A stretch of 60,177 bases of DNA, counting the filler, from Squatina squatina (taxonomy: Eukaryota), in assembly GCA_031763465.1 (NCBI GenBank). It is 4 parts of 4 records of this genome, joined end to end, with 100 filler letters (N's around TTAATTAATTAA, not from the genome) between each part and the next. Parts side by side here need not be neighbours in the genome. Positions count along the whole stretch, not along the records: positions 45,709 to 60,177 come from JARFOE010000115.1; 3 more parts are not named here. One strand, written 5' to 3'. Within the stretch, counting starts at the first letter, position 1; each line of letters begins with the position of its first letter. The notes beneath the pieces are model-generated. The model was not told the origin of the DNA, made no database searches, and was given only the letters and a program-made list of their open reading frames with translations. The position numbers and the translations under genes were made by a program. Of this stretch, positions 45,709 through 59,510 are shown in pieces.

Positions 45709-48700
45709 CCTCCTGGACCTTTAATTTGCCAGCTTATGCCAATTGCTATTGAAATATGGGCAGTTTTGTGTGGTAGAATTATGCCCATTACAGACATTAC
45801 AAATTTATATCGCATGCATCACAGTTAACAGAAGGAAGGAGCTTTCATCCCTTCATACTGAGCCCAGGTTCTAGAGGTGAAAGGATATTATTCTAACACT
45901 GAGTCATTACATCCCCTTTAAATCTGCTAGAAATCATTCATTTTCTATTTGCATCTGTATGTGTGTTAGTGGGGGACTGGGACCATTAAGCCGAGAGCTG
46001 ATGGCAAGGCAATTGTGTATGTCTAAGCAGGTTTGTTCCATTGAGGAACAGAGGCTTTTGAATGAGTTAATTGCACTCAACTACCATCTCATGCTTCAGC
46101 CAGTGTGCTGTCTCCTATTCCAGGATCGAACCAATTTATTTAAAGCTTTTGAATGCTTGTGGTTTGTCAAAGTCATGAGCCTGTCAGTTTCTACAGATGC
46201 AAAGTAACGTCTTCTGGAAATATTATTGGACTGATCTTCCTAAATTAAAAAAAAACTATGTTAAGTTGAATTATCCAGCTAATGGAAAGTGATTGTTGTT
46301 CCTAATAGGATTTTCTTTCAGTAATTCACCTTCCACCTTTCAAAGAATTGTNNNNNNNNNNNNNNNNNNNNNNNNNNNNNNNNNNNNNNNNNNNNNNNNN
46401 NNNNNNNNNNNNNNNNNNNNNNNNNNNNNNNNNNNNNNNNNNNNNNNNNNNTTCCTGGCTTTTGTACTCCACATCTCTATTTATAAAGCCCAGGATCCCA
46501 TACGCTTTATTAACTGCTTTGTTACCCCATTTTCAAAGATTTGTGCACAAGCACCCCCAGGTCTCTCTTCTTGCAACTCCATTGGCCCAGGAAAGGGACA
46601 ATGTTTGATATCAAACCATCAACCAGCTTTTAAATGGCTGCTGGGAAAATTTAACATTATGTGACACTTAAAAGTAAGTAGATGTATATGGGAGTTAAAA
46701 TTGCTTCAGCCTTTCTAAGAGGCAGAATAGTTGAGGGCAGTGAAGAACTTGAATGTCATTGGCAGTGCCATGCATATGTTGCAGACTGTCAGGTGTCTTT
46801 GAAGCAGATGGCAAACATATATAAAAATAGCACAATGCTGTAAGTACTGTATAATGGCTGATGCTGTATGCAACTGATGAAAAGCAAATGATACGTTTTT
46901 CTATTTCAGCCCTCACCCAGCAATCAATTATAATTTGTACCTAACTTGTCTACATTTATAAACTGTTTACTGCCATCATTGTTTCACTTTATTACACTGC
47001 TGGTTTATAAAATTGGATACCACAGAAAACGAGTTAATGAAACTGGGGCAAAACTTTCTCAGCACAATTACGGTGGCAATTTTTTTACATCAATCATGAC
47101 ACGTCTGTTTATTTATAGCCAAAAGGAAATAGGTCGGACAGTTTTACAAGCAGCTACCTATTAGCTACTGCCCGCAACTGATATGTAATTAGTGCCTGAG
47201 ACCAGTTTATGACCAATCTGCAGTTTTATGGGGATCTGTGGTCTATTCAGATCTCTGGCCTGGGTANNNNNNNNNNNNNNNNNNNNNNNNNNNNNNNNNN
47301 NNNNNNNNNNNNNNNNNNNNNNNNNNNNNNNNNNNNNNNNNNNNNNNNNNNNNNNNNNNNNNNNNNCTGCCATGGCAAACAAAGACAGAAAGTAAGCAAG
47401 AGTGAGTGGAAGGCGGACAGGAGGAGAGAAGTGAGACTGAGAGTGACAGTGATAAAGTGAAGATAGGGTGTGAAAGAAAGAAAGACTTGTTGGACTGCAG
47501 CATTGTGTCCGTCATCTATCTTTCAGGTAGATGCACGAGCCTTCAGCACTTCTCAGTTTCATTTAAAAAATATTTTAAGTCAAAGATCTAGGCAGACCAG
47601 ATGTTTTCTCGCTTCCAGTCTTTCAAGTAGCAAGTTGCTCAAAGAGTAATATTTTATTAATATTCTGACAAAGTGCCTTAAATAAATATACTGGAAACAT
47701 CTGGCACATATTTAAATATCCTAACCTCTTTATCTGCTTCGCCTGCCATTTAGGAGTTTTCTAAGGTAGAGGTGAAAGGAAGATGGATTACCATTGTAAT
47801 GCCGAACCAATGAAGCGATAAATAAACCAGAAGAAGCCTCAGCTGGAATCAATGAAAATTATATACTGCACTAATATTTGACAATATGTTCTTCGCATTT
47901 CTTTATGTCAGTTCTCTTTTTAATATATTTAAACATGAAAAAAAAACATTGACCGTACTGTATAGCAGCACTTAGATTAAGTAATGTCAGCTATATGAGC
48001 GCACAAGTCACTTGTCGCTCACCCTTGATTTCTNNNNNNNNNNNNNNNNNNNNNNNNNNNNNNNNNNNNNNNNNNNNNNNNNNNNNNNNNNNNNNNNNNN
48101 NNNNNNNNNNNNNNNNNNNNNNNNNNNNNNNNNAATATGAATTTAAAGTGGAAAGGAGAATGCACGTCTTGTACTTTGTCCTACATATCACAGCGGGTCT
48201 TTCCTCCGTTCATATTTCCAGCACAATAACAGTCCCAGGAATAAAATAGGTCGAGGATTGTACAGAAAAAGTCCCCCAGCACTCAACCTCTCTCCTGTCT
48301 CACCATGGAGTCAATATGGGCAAACCTAAAAAAACAAATGCTATTAAGATAAAAGTGACAGTACTTAATTCCAGCTGCAAAAACAGCACTGAAACTGAGC
48401 AACATTTTTCTCCCTTCCTTCACAGTACAATCAGCTTTTTCAACTGAGGGGCTGCTATAGAGCCACAGGTTAGTTGTCAGAATTAGAAAAACCATATTAT
48501 TACTGCAGTTCAGACAGATTTTATTAGAGGCGCCACTGTCATTCAATTATCAGATGATGACTGTACTTGACTAAAATGTTAATGGTTAACTCATTGGAAA
48601 AAACAGTCACACTTAAGGACTGTTCAGATTTTCTTGCATTTTAAACTGTTGGGTTGAAGCTCAGGCAGTTTATAACTGTCATCTAAATGCCAAGGTCAGC

Positions 48701-49104
48701 TTACTGACTTGGAATCAGTCCAAGATATCCATTTATTTAATAAATCAGCATTATGAATTTTACGTGAGGTTTTATTTGATTTTAGGGTCTGTTCCCATGG
48801 CAGTACTAAGTATCAGTGCCCTCACTGTCATTAATGGGGTGTGACATTACTTTGAAAAATCTGCAATGGAGTACCATAATATCTATCAGCACTCTATGTT
48901 GTACCTAATAGGCATCAAAATATACCGAATTCCCCAAGCCTGATTTTATTTGAGGATCAGTTGCCTGCATTTTGATGTATTTATATTTGCTTTAACTCTT
49001 TGTCACTCTATCAGATCGGAACAGTCTGACATGCACAGATGGTATGAATGTTATTCCCTGGTTGGGCAGTGGGACCGACAGTGAAAAGAAGAGCAAGAGA
49101 ACAT

Positions 49105-49474
49105 GGGATGGATTTTGAGGCCTCCTGCTCCACTCATTAGCAGTCGGTGGTCCAGTCAAAGAGGAGTCCACAGCTAAATGATTATTGCTCCTCCTGGTTC
49201 CACAATACCAGCCTGGGCTGCTGCCATTCTAGGTCCTCCCACCCCCCCACCCCGCAAGATCAGACCTCCCCTCCAACCTTTGGACTTTCCTTCTTCCAGT
49301 CTGTAGGCCGGCCAGGCTGCCTGATTAGTCAGTGGGCTGTCCCGAGGCACTTGATTTGCAGCCACAGCGTCAGCCTAATGCTAATCAGGCCTGAACCGCA
49401 CTATGGACCCAGACCTGCCCTCGGCACTAACGGTACTCTGCCAGTCAGCCAGCTGACAGTTAAAATCTACCCTC
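49105..49474. mobile_element. Degenerate MITE
   Basis: Imperfect inverted termini GGGATGGATTTT and AAAATCTACCCT. Confidence 0.45.
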
Positions 49475-50541
49475 ATGTTTCGCTTTTNNNNNNNNNNNNN
49501 NNNNNNNNNNNNNNNNNNNNNNNNNNNNNNNNNNNNNNNNNNNNNNNNNNNNNNNNNNNNNNNNNNNNNNNNNNNNNNNNNNNNNNNATAAAGCAGAACA
49601 TTGGGTAGTAAAGTAGCAAAATTAGCAATTTGAAACACGACACAATGCAGGTACAAAGACAATTTTTAAACTGGATTACTATGTCAAACATAAAGTAGAT
49701 CCACCCAGCATTGCTAACTCAGCACAAATACAGGATGTCATGCTACAGTAATCTTTATTATAAACCCATATGTGCAACCAAACGCAACAAAGCTAATTAA
49801 ACACACATGCAACAACTTAATAAAGGGGTCAAAAGTTAAGCAGTGCAGCAATTTCCATTTGTTGCTCGACTTTTCATTTACTGTTGGATATTAACAGATA
49901 TTAACCAACTGCTGTATATTGCCAGCAACTATTTTTTTTAAGAGAGCATAAAGATGGAATGCTGTTAATTTATTTCCATTTCACTTCCCCCTTCATCACA
50001 TTTACTTCCCACATAGCTGACTTCTTGTTTGGTCACTAAAGAACAGCGATAATGTATAATGCCACGTATTTCCCTCGAGGAAATCACCTTGGCAAACTTC
50101 AGCTTGATTCCTGTAGCCAGATGATTCCCATAATCATTGTGTTGATAAATGGATCTTTAGCAGTGCAGCACTGTTTATACTGTTCAGTGTTGAGTAACAT
50201 AGAGAATAGTGGGTATGAGGGAGTGATCAAAAGGCAGTCGTCTTATCGTGGAGGTTCAAATTATGCTATGAACCTTCAGCAGTTGGCAACTGTTACCTAA
50301 ACTCAGAACTGAAATTACTACTTTGAAATTAACCTCTTGGTATCTGTCTTTAGACTATACTGCCAAATTTCCTGGGGTGGTTTTATCTTGCCAGCAGCAG
50401 AGTCAAGGTGTGCATTGATAGATAACGATGTTGGTGTGCGATGACGATGTCCACTGAAGGATTAGTGATTGTGACTGGTGTTTGTAAAAATAATGAAGTG
50501 GAGATAACAGCCCAGAAGTCCCTGGTGGACCGCTGTGCCAT

Positions 50542-50676
50542 CAGATGTGCGGTAGTGAGGGATTCCCAGCCACTAGTCTGGGCTGCCAGATGTGCGGCGG
50601 TGAGGGATTTCCAGCTGCTAGTCTGGGCTGCCAGAGGTGCGGAGGTGTGGGATTTCCAGCTGCCGCTCTGGCCCGG
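50542..50676. repeat. 45-bp tandem repeat, 3 copies
   Basis: Unit CAGATGTGCGGCGGTGAGGGATTTCCAGCTGCTAGTCTGGGCTGC. Confidence 0.9.
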
Positions 50677-52216
50677 CATTGACCCCTTCTCAAATCCTGG
50701 AGATGGGGTTATTTACATGATGTGGATGGGCACCTGCACCATTTTTGGTGCTCCCTGGATGTCTGCCCTGCGGTGCGTGGGGTTACGTGGGGGTCTGGGG
50801 TGGCGTGGGAGGGAGGAGAAATATTGGCATGCTATCTTGCAGGACNNNNNNNNNNNNNNNNNNNNNNNNNNNNNNNNNNNNNNNNNNNNNNNNNNNNNNN
50901 NNNNNNNNNNNNNNNNNNNNNNNNNNNNNNNNNNNNNNNNNNNNNGCAACGCTACAACAGCATTGCCACGGCGCTGACCCAGCCAATGCCGCGGTTAACA
51001 GCAGGTTCGCGGGCAGGCACAGAGGGGTCAATGCACGACATTATGATGCCGCCGCCAACTGCGTCCCCGGTGGCGGGGCCTATACGCCACCGGGTCACCA
51101 GGCCCAATAAAGCATTTTAAAATTTTTGGCCTCAATGTTGATTTCATGCCCGGGTTATACCGCTATCCCAGGTGTGAGGTCAGGCCAATTGTGATCCCCA
51201 GCTGTCTACGTTGTGCAATTATAGCTGGGTTTGGGGTGGCATGCCTGGACAACCCTTCACAGGTGGGTGGGCGCCGGAGGCTCCAGCAGGCATGGGCAGG
51301 CTGCCACTGAACATGTGTCTACCTGCCCCACGCAAATGAGATGCCCACCCACTGACCTCACAAACTCTGGAAACATCAGAAATGGGAAGCAGCAGAGGTG
51401 TGATCACAGTGTTGCGTCCTGAAGATATTCGGAGCCAAACTTCATGTAGAACCAAGGAATGCAGTCAAGCGACATATAAATGTACTGAAATACATAGGTC
51501 ATAAATTTCCTCATCAGCTTCAGCACTTGTGCTATTATTACATCATTATGGTGCTGGAAAGTTCGAGGAAATTTGCATTTTAGCGTATTTGGGTATATTT
51601 ATGCCATTATTGCACTCGACACAAGTTTCCTCAAAGGGAGTTGCTTGCACTAACTCTTGGCCCCTCACCAGGAAAATTAGAATGGCTCTGCCAGCACACA
51701 GAGGATTGCAAACCAAATCTCCTTGCACCCCAGAATCGGCTAACATAGCATTTTTTTTTTACAAAAAGAAATAAATCAAATCACTGTAATAATGTCCCTT
51801 GTGAGAAAGAACCCGTTGTGACTCCATAAAGTGCATGGATAAATTCTTATCGGAAACAAATTCACTCCAGTTAGCGTGTGGATCGATTAAAAAAATACAT
51901 ATAATTAGCCTGAGGCAGGCAGAAGGTTAAATAAAATTGTCTTGATCATGAGTTATTTCAAATCTCATTGCAAACTAGCAGCTGGTGTCAGACACTGAGG
52001 CCTTGCATTAAGAATGACCTTTTGCTGCTAAGTCACTCTGGAATGTAATTATTTTAAGTTCCAGCTGTACTGCCTTGAACTTTATTGGAATGTAATTATT
52101 ATAAATGCGCTGGTGGTNNNNNNNNNNNNNNNNNNNNNNNNNNNNNNNNNNNNNNNNNNNNNNNNNNNNNNNNNNNNNNNNNNNNNNNNNNNNNNNNNNN
52201 NNNNNNNNNNNNNNNN

Positions 52217-52535
52217 NTAATTTCTTCTTATGTGACTCGGTGACAAATTTTCATCTTATAACACTGCTGTGAAGCACCTTGGGATATTTTACTACATTCA
52301 TTAAAGACGCCATATAAATAGAAATTGTTGTTGTTGTTGACACTTATTAGCCTAAGCCTGGATGTTGTCCAGGTCTTGCTGCATGCGGGCACGGACTGCT
52401 CTATTATCTGAGGAGTTGCCAATGTAACTGAACACTGTGCTACTATCAGTGTGCATCCCCACTTCTGACCTTTTGATGGAGGGAAGGTCATTGATGAAGC
52501 AGCTGAAGATGGCTGGGCCTAGGACACTGCCCTGA
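52217..52535. mobile_element. L2 3' tail (+, 52217-52339) abutting a minus fragment of the 43848-45213 LINE family (52340-52535)
   Basis: 52340-52535 aligns to 44640-44835. Confidence 0.8.
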
Positions 52536-53812
52536 GATTGGGATGAAGGTACAATTCTGGATGATAGTTGGATGTTATTAACTTATGCTATACCTGACCT
52601 AGGAACTTGATTCTAACATTGAAGCCAAAAGTGGAAAATTCTCCATTCCCAGCAATGCTATTCCTCAACTTGATGAGCACAAAAACAGACACCCAAAGGT
52701 ATAAATGCCAGAAAAACTAGTGCAACTGTTTGTGCTGATAGATTATCCCCTCATTATAAAACTCTGTATGCCATGATACCTGATATAAAACATGTCAAAG
52801 TAAATTTTCGTCTTCACGCATTGGAGTAATCTGGCAGTGCGGATAGCCTGCCCCATTATGAAAATCAATGTACGGGTCCTATAATGAGCGAGAGATCTAC
52901 TGTGCCCGATTACTGCCCGCGCAGTGAAAGTTTTCCACATTTTTTCTGCCTTCCTTTGTAATACATAAACCATATGAATGCTCTCCTGTAGCCCACTTCT
53001 TATTCTAATGCATTTTTTGTATTGCTTGCAAAGAACCTCAGAAAGATCCTAATGCACATGATTTTATTCTGATTCTTTTCAACATCGGAAATTAGGAAAT
53101 ATCTTTTTACATTTCTGCCTCATTTTACATCATTGCCTTCCCATTCCAGAAAGACTCTGTACTTCCCTAGCTAATCAAAACTAATCCCACTGGGTATGCT
53201 GCATGAAGGATTTTATTACAGTGTATGCCAGCTAAAATTTACCAGACCATTGATGTTATGGAAAAATCATATACACCTAATGTTTTATAGCTGCTGCTGT
53301 CATTATATCATATTCTTTTGAGTCTGTGATAATCATTTTCTGACCATAAATCTTCGCCTTGAGCTCTGAGCCAATATGGCCTTCACTGTCTTGGCCTTGA
53401 TCAGATTAATAATGTAACTGTGCTATCTGAGCATAACAGGCAATAGCAGATGCCATTAAAAAAAGTAATGGAACCATGGTGTGTATTAAGTCACTCTTTG
53501 TCACACAAATGTGACATATCATCAGCTCACCATGAAGCTGAACTCCAGTATAACAGGCACAATAAACTCATGTTAGTTCAATGATGATTTTAAACAGTAA
53601 AACTGAAATTATTTATTAAAGCACATGCATACAAATTCTGTGTCACACTTCCAATTATAGAGCAAATTTGTTCACATTTGAGGCCCCTTCAAGGATATTT
53701 AATTGTGGGATTTTTTTAAATTAAAATTCTTTTTTGTATTATTTCTCATTTTAATTAAATTTTAATGTTACAATCATTTTTAAAATGCTTTTTGATGCGT
53801 TTGTGTAGTTTT

Positions 53813-53874
53813 GTATCTCTCATTCATACTTTGACAGATCTGCGAAGATCTGCCAAAGCTTGAATGAGAGATAC
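53813..53874. repeat. Inverted repeat: 29-bp arms (3 mismatches) with a GCGA loop
   Basis: GTATCTCTCATTCATACTTTGACAGATCT-GCGA-AGATCTGCCAAAGCTTGAATGAGAGATAC. Confidence 0.9.
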
Positions 53875-55899
53875 TCCTNNNNNNNNNNTTTTTAAATTAT
53901 AATTCTAAGCAATTCTAAGCTATTTTTCATGTTCTTGAAAGCAATAGTGTTACTCATTTTATGGCATGCATTTGTGAACTTTGCGTTCATTAAAAGGTGA
54001 AAAATGATTGTGTTGAGAATAGAACCCTGGGGAAAGAGCACGTCATCTTAGGCCCTGGATAAAATTGCATCGGACCCTCCTGATGTAAAAGGATCCCAAT
54101 TTGCATACGTTTACCGGCTTTTTGCCTGTTTTAGGTAGGTGCCCCATCTGCCTGTAAAGCCCTGTAGATTAANNNNNNNNNNNNNNNNNNNNNNNNNNNN
54201 NNNNNNNNNNNNNNNNNNNNNNNNNNNNNNNNNNNNNNNNNNNNNNNNNNNNNNNNNNNNNNNNNNNNNNNNCTGTGGAATATTGATTTTCTTTCTTTTA
54301 GTTTTCAGAAATAAATTCTGGGGTTCCTGTATCTTAAGATGGCACCTGCTGTTAACTCAATGGACTGTTAACTCCAACAGTGTTGTCAGACTGTCTCATG
54401 AAGGTATCCTCAATTATGTCAGTGCACCCTCAATCATGTTTCAAAGGACAATCTTCAGCAAATTTTAAACTGACGTGTCCAAATTTACCAATTCTACACT
54501 AATTAAATTGAGTATGGCAATCAATTAGTACAATACAACAATGTTGCAAACAACATTTGAAATCTCTATTNNNNNNNNNNTTTCACATAGCAAGTAGAGT
54601 CTCAGCAGGATTATACTGTTTGGCTGCTCCAGGAAATTAGTTTTCTTGATGCGGTAACTTTTAGAAGGGTCCCGATAGTGTTCTGATCTGGTATGTTAGA
54701 TACCCTGTTTGTCTAGCTGCCTTGTGAGGTCATCCCTAGCTGTCAAGCAAGTGTTTTCCCAGTCTTCGGTGTACGTGCTTTGATAAAAATTCTCAAAGGT
54801 GGAATTCATTCAAAAGTCACAGCCTGTGTAACCTCCCATAAATTTTCAGATGAGTGAATGCCATTTTGGCATCAATGACGCTGCAGCCTCTGGTGAAGCT
54901 AAACTANNNNNNNNNNNNNNNNNNNNNNNNNNNNNNNNNNNNNNNNNNNNNNNNNNNNNNNNNNNNNNNNNNNNNNNNNNNNNNNNNNNNNNNNNNNNNN
55001 NNNNNNGGAACTGTGTTTCTCGTGCATAACAGGAAAAGTGCTTCATCAGCTTTTATTGAATTCAAAGACACGCATTTCTTCAGACTCGCTTTGTCAAAAG
55101 TAAGAATTTTTGAATTTCCTGATTTGCCATGTCAGAGGGAACTGTCTGACTCCTTTAATAATAACATATGAAAGACAAATTCCAGACGTTAAACCTTCGT
55201 TTTCATGCCCTAGGGATGGTGCAGGAAGGTTTTTATTGAGTTGCAAAAGAATTAGTTAGCAGTTTTGTATGATTCATGCTGAGATTTCTTTCCAAGCTAA
55301 ATACAGTATGAGATTACACCATGACACATTCAACTTTTTATAGGGCATTAAATTTTTTGATGGTAAGGGAATCATCATTTGAACATTGACTAGGAACACA
55401 TTGCAGTAAAAGATACTTCGTAAATGTTTTCTGTGACATTGCAATTACCACTGGGTTAGTTGCTGTATGAAGAAAAGTCCGCCTGTAGAGAAAGGCTGTG
55501 GTTAATCTTACGGAATTGAGACTGACTACATTTGGCCTTGATAACTATATCTATACTGTTGTAAAAGCTCTGCGTAGTCACCCACTTCCAGTCCATTGCG
55601 CTCCAGATGCCCGTCACACTTCAAGTGTCACAGACGAATGCAAATGTCTTTGTCTCCCTTGAACAAGACATAAATAAACAAAGGNNNNNNNNNNNNNNNN
55701 NNNNNNNNNNNNNNNNNNNNNNNNNNNNNNNNNNNNNNNNNNNNNNNNNNNNNNNNNNNNNNNNNNNNNNNNNNNNNNNNNNNNATGGTGAGTGACGAGG
55801 TTGGAAGCATTGCTGGTGACTTGATGCTCATATCTAATCCTTTTTCTCATATCCCATTATCTTTTCTCACTTACAAGCTGCTGATGGTGTAAGCATGCA

Positions 55900-56135
55900 C
55901 ATCTTGCTTTACTGCTTTTCCCTCACCATAACCTGACTTTTGTGCCCCTCTCCTTTCAGATAGCCAAGAACTGCCACCAGCCCAACATTGTAGGAGAAGA
56001 GTGAAGGAGAAGGAAAGGCACTGTCACTCGATCTGACACTCCCAGGCATCAACTCAGAAAATGGCAATGTGCGTACTTTAGAGAGAGGCAGTATCTGCAC
56101 GTGGTGAGTCACCAGGCACATGTGGGCTGCAGCAT
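55900..56135 (+). mobile_element. Harbinger Myb-protein gene exon remnant
   Basis: Acceptor CTCCTTTCAG at about 55959, then frameshifted DSQELPPAQ..EESEGEG.ALSLDLTLPGINSE..RTLE..ARGESPGTCGLQ. Confidence 0.45.
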
Positions 56136-58324
56136 ATTGACATGCCCTAAATCACAAGCCCTGGGGCGAACAAGCTTAAGAGACGGAGAGAGTAAATGGT
56201 AGAGATAAATCTTCTGTTTGGACTTACTTAACGGCAATAAACTTATCATAATTTGAAAATAGAAAACACCACTTGAAGCTTTTCAAAGCCTTAATTAAAA
56301 ACATCAACTGCTAGTTAAAACTTAAGTGATAGTGCCTACAGTGCAGTAAATTGCAGTGATTTAATTTGAACATTTCAAAGGATTGTTTTTATAGCTAGTT
56401 GTTAATTATGGATTCTCTTTTGATGAACTGAAGAGTTCTGTTAAAATAATGTTACTGAATATCAAAAATCATTTCATTATCATTTGTTTATTTGTATGTT
56501 GAATTGATACATGGTTGCACTGTACATNNNNNNNNNNNNNNNNNNNNNNNNNNNNNNNNNNNNNNNNNNNNNNNNNNNNNNNNNNNNNNNNNNNNNNNNN
56601 NNNNNNNNNNNNNNNNNNNNNNNNNNNTGATTGACAAACCATGCAGGGCAAATGCCGAATTTCTGATTTCTCAAAGGCACTAGTCAGAAAATGACCCTTC
56701 AGAGTTCAGCATTTTAACCAAAAAAATGAAAACCAGGGCCATTGAGCCTCTGCCGGGGTTGACTGTTCAACCAATCTGCTCTAACCTAAATTCCTGTCCT
56801 TTCCAAATATCTTCAGCTATTGTTCCTTTTTAAATGCTTATTGCGCTCATTTTTAAATAATGCTATGAACAGGGACAGATTTCCTGCACAGCACACACAG
56901 GAAAATCGAGCTGTTCCATTACAGATGCATAATTCTCCATCCATGCTTCTCCCCTCTGTATTGTGCCCAGATTATTCTTTGAGATAGATTTTGACTTTGT
57001 GCGATTGTGAGTCAACAGTCAATTTTACATCTTTCTCGATTCTTATTTAAATTGGAGCCACATAATTCGTATTAGAGTTATGATGTGCTGTGACTCAGAA
57101 TATTGACTTTTACTTCATGAAAGTCCTTTTATAAACAGGATTGTATGTATTAATTACAGCTCTTATAGAGACATGATCATTATTTCCCTTGAAGAGATAA
57201 TATAATAATCCATTAAAATAATCTGATGATAAATAGGACTTTCTGGCAGTTCTCTTCAGCATCCTTAAAAGAACAACCATTACCTGATATCTTTGAAGAA
57301 TTCTTTTACTGTACACATAAAACAATGAAAGCATTACAAGGCAATAGTAATCATTATTAAATATTACCTCATCAGTAATGCAGCAGCACTCCAGGGCACA
57401 CTTAGTTATATACTGTCTGCGAATAAAGCACAAATCATTACAAACTGACAAGACAGCAAAGGATTGAGGAACAGGCAGGGCCATTTAAAACTGTTACAGC
57501 TCGATGTGTTGTACAATAGCTCCAGTTTAACAGATTATTGTAACTGTAAATGCACTCATTTGAAACTTTAAAAGAGCTGCTAAGATATATGACACACCTT
57601 TACAGCTACTTTTTATAGTCCTTGAAATAAATTCCAGCACTGCAGGAGATGTGGGCCAACTCTGATCTGCAACCCTCTATGGATTCGGACTAGGAGACTT
57701 TCCTTCAATGCTTAATCAAAGAATGATGTGAAAGTCAACATCTTCAAGGTTACTGAAAGAATAAAAGATGTGTTTTCCAGATGTACACCTTGAAAATGAT
57801 CGGGTTACAGTCCGACAGTTAAATAAAGCACAATAATCCTTTTGCTTTTCAACACAATTTGATTCTGCACTTTGTAAATCTTCTAAGATTAAAATGTTAT
57901 GTTGGTGTGGGAAGAGAATCCTTGTTGCAAATTAATTTACACAGAAATGGAATTGTTATGGTTAGTTTCAGAAATGCCGAAGTCGACATTTTATTTAAGA
58001 AATCTAGAAATGGCTGATTTAAGATTGTGCTTATTATCTTTTCTCCTTAAAATGTTCCTTCAACTTTTAAGTGATTGCTTTGGATTTCTTTAATTGCTGC
58101 TACGTGAGGGCGTCCCCATAAAAAAATAAAGTGTTAATGAGACAACTTTCCATTTATCGGCTCATGAAGACTTTAATAAAAACAAATAGCGGTTGCATTC
58201 ACTTATCTCTGCACCTGGGTTTACATTATTGGGTGCTGTAGCAGCAAAATGGATTGGCCCAAAATCTCTGGTTGACAGGGGAGAGGGTGTATAAATCCAC
58301 TGGGTAAACGTGCCCTTGTCAAGG

Positions 58325-58750
58325 GTTATAGGAGCATAAGAATACGAGTAGGCCATTCAGCCCCTCAAGCTTGTTTCACTATTCTCTTAGATCATGGCTG
58401 AACTACACCTCAATTCTATTTACCCACCATATCCTCGACACTCATACCTAATGAAAAAACTATTGATCTCAGTCTTCAAAATTTCAATTGACCTAGCCTT
58501 CTGGAGGAGAGATTTGCAGATTTCTATTACCCTTTGTGTGAAAAAGTGCTTCCTGAATTCACTCTTAAATGGCCCAGCACTAATTTTAAGATTATGGCCC
58601 CTTATTCTGGATTACTCCACTAGAAGATCTAGGGTAGAAGCTGGTGTGTGCTGCTGCCATTTTTTGGGGTGCAAAGCATGGCAATTAAGCTGTTGGTATA
58701 GGTTCCCCTTGAATTTTCCAGTCAATACCTTCAAGATCCCCTTGAACCAT
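58325..58750 (-). mobile_element. Old CR1 3' end with an internal insertion
   Basis: CATAAGAATACGAGTAGGCCATTCAGCCCCTC...AGATCATGGCTG. Confidence 0.8.
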
Positions 58751-59073
58751 TCAAAGCCATAATGCTGCAGTTGGGAGGGTCCGAGGAGGCCAGGATTTGG
58801 CCCTCGGACCTCATTATCATGTAGGAACCCGCACAGGTTGAAGCTCCAAGTTCCAGGTAACCATTGATTGGGTTGCATAGTGTGGGTCTGGGGGAGGAAC
58901 GGGCGGGCCTCGTGATCGGAGGGCTGTCAGGAGTTGGGTAAGAAGATCAGGGGGGCTGGCAGTATTATTGGGGNNNNNNNNNNNNNNNNNNNNNNNNNNN
59001 NNNNNNNNNNNNNNNNNNNNNNNNNNNNNNNNNNNNNNNNNNNNNNNNNNNNNNNNNNNNNNNNNNNNNNNNN

Positions 59074-59177
59074 ACAGGGTACTGAATTTGGATGATCAGC
59101 CATGATCATATTGAATGACGGAGCAGGCTCGAAGGGCCAAATGGCCTACTGTTGCTCCTATTTTCAATGTTTCTATG
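59074..59177 (+). mobile_element. CR1 3' end inserted into a SINE
   Basis: Near-identical to 41440-41538. Confidence 0.9.
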
Positions 59178-59510
59178 TGCTGAGGGAGTGCTGCGCTGTC
59201 AGAGGTGCTGTCTTTCAGATTAGATGTTAAACTATCTGCTCTCTCAGGTGGACATAATGGATCCCATGGCACTATTTCAAAGAAGAGCAGAGGAGTTATC
59301 CCTGGTGTCCTGACTAATATTCATCCCTCAATCAACATCACTAAAACTGATTATCTGTTCATTGTAACATTGCTGTTTGTGGGAGTTGGCTGCCGCACTT
59401 CCTACATTATAGCAGTGACTGCATTCAAATAGTACTTCATGGCTGTAAAGCACTTTGGGACATCCTGAGGTTGTGAAAAGTGCTATATAAATTCAAGTCT
59501 TTCTTTCTTT
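59177..59510 (+). mobile_element. Deu-type (SacSINE1-like) SINE body and tail
   Basis: GAGGGAGTGCTGCGCTGTCAGAGGTGC...GATCCCATGGCACTATTTC...L2-like tail GCACTTTGGGACATCCTGAGGTTGTGAAAAGTGCTATATAAA and (TCTT)n. Confidence 0.85.

Noticed and set aside
57110-57484. 124-aa minus-strand ORF
   Set aside because: AT-rich, no recognisable domain or splice context; likely chance.
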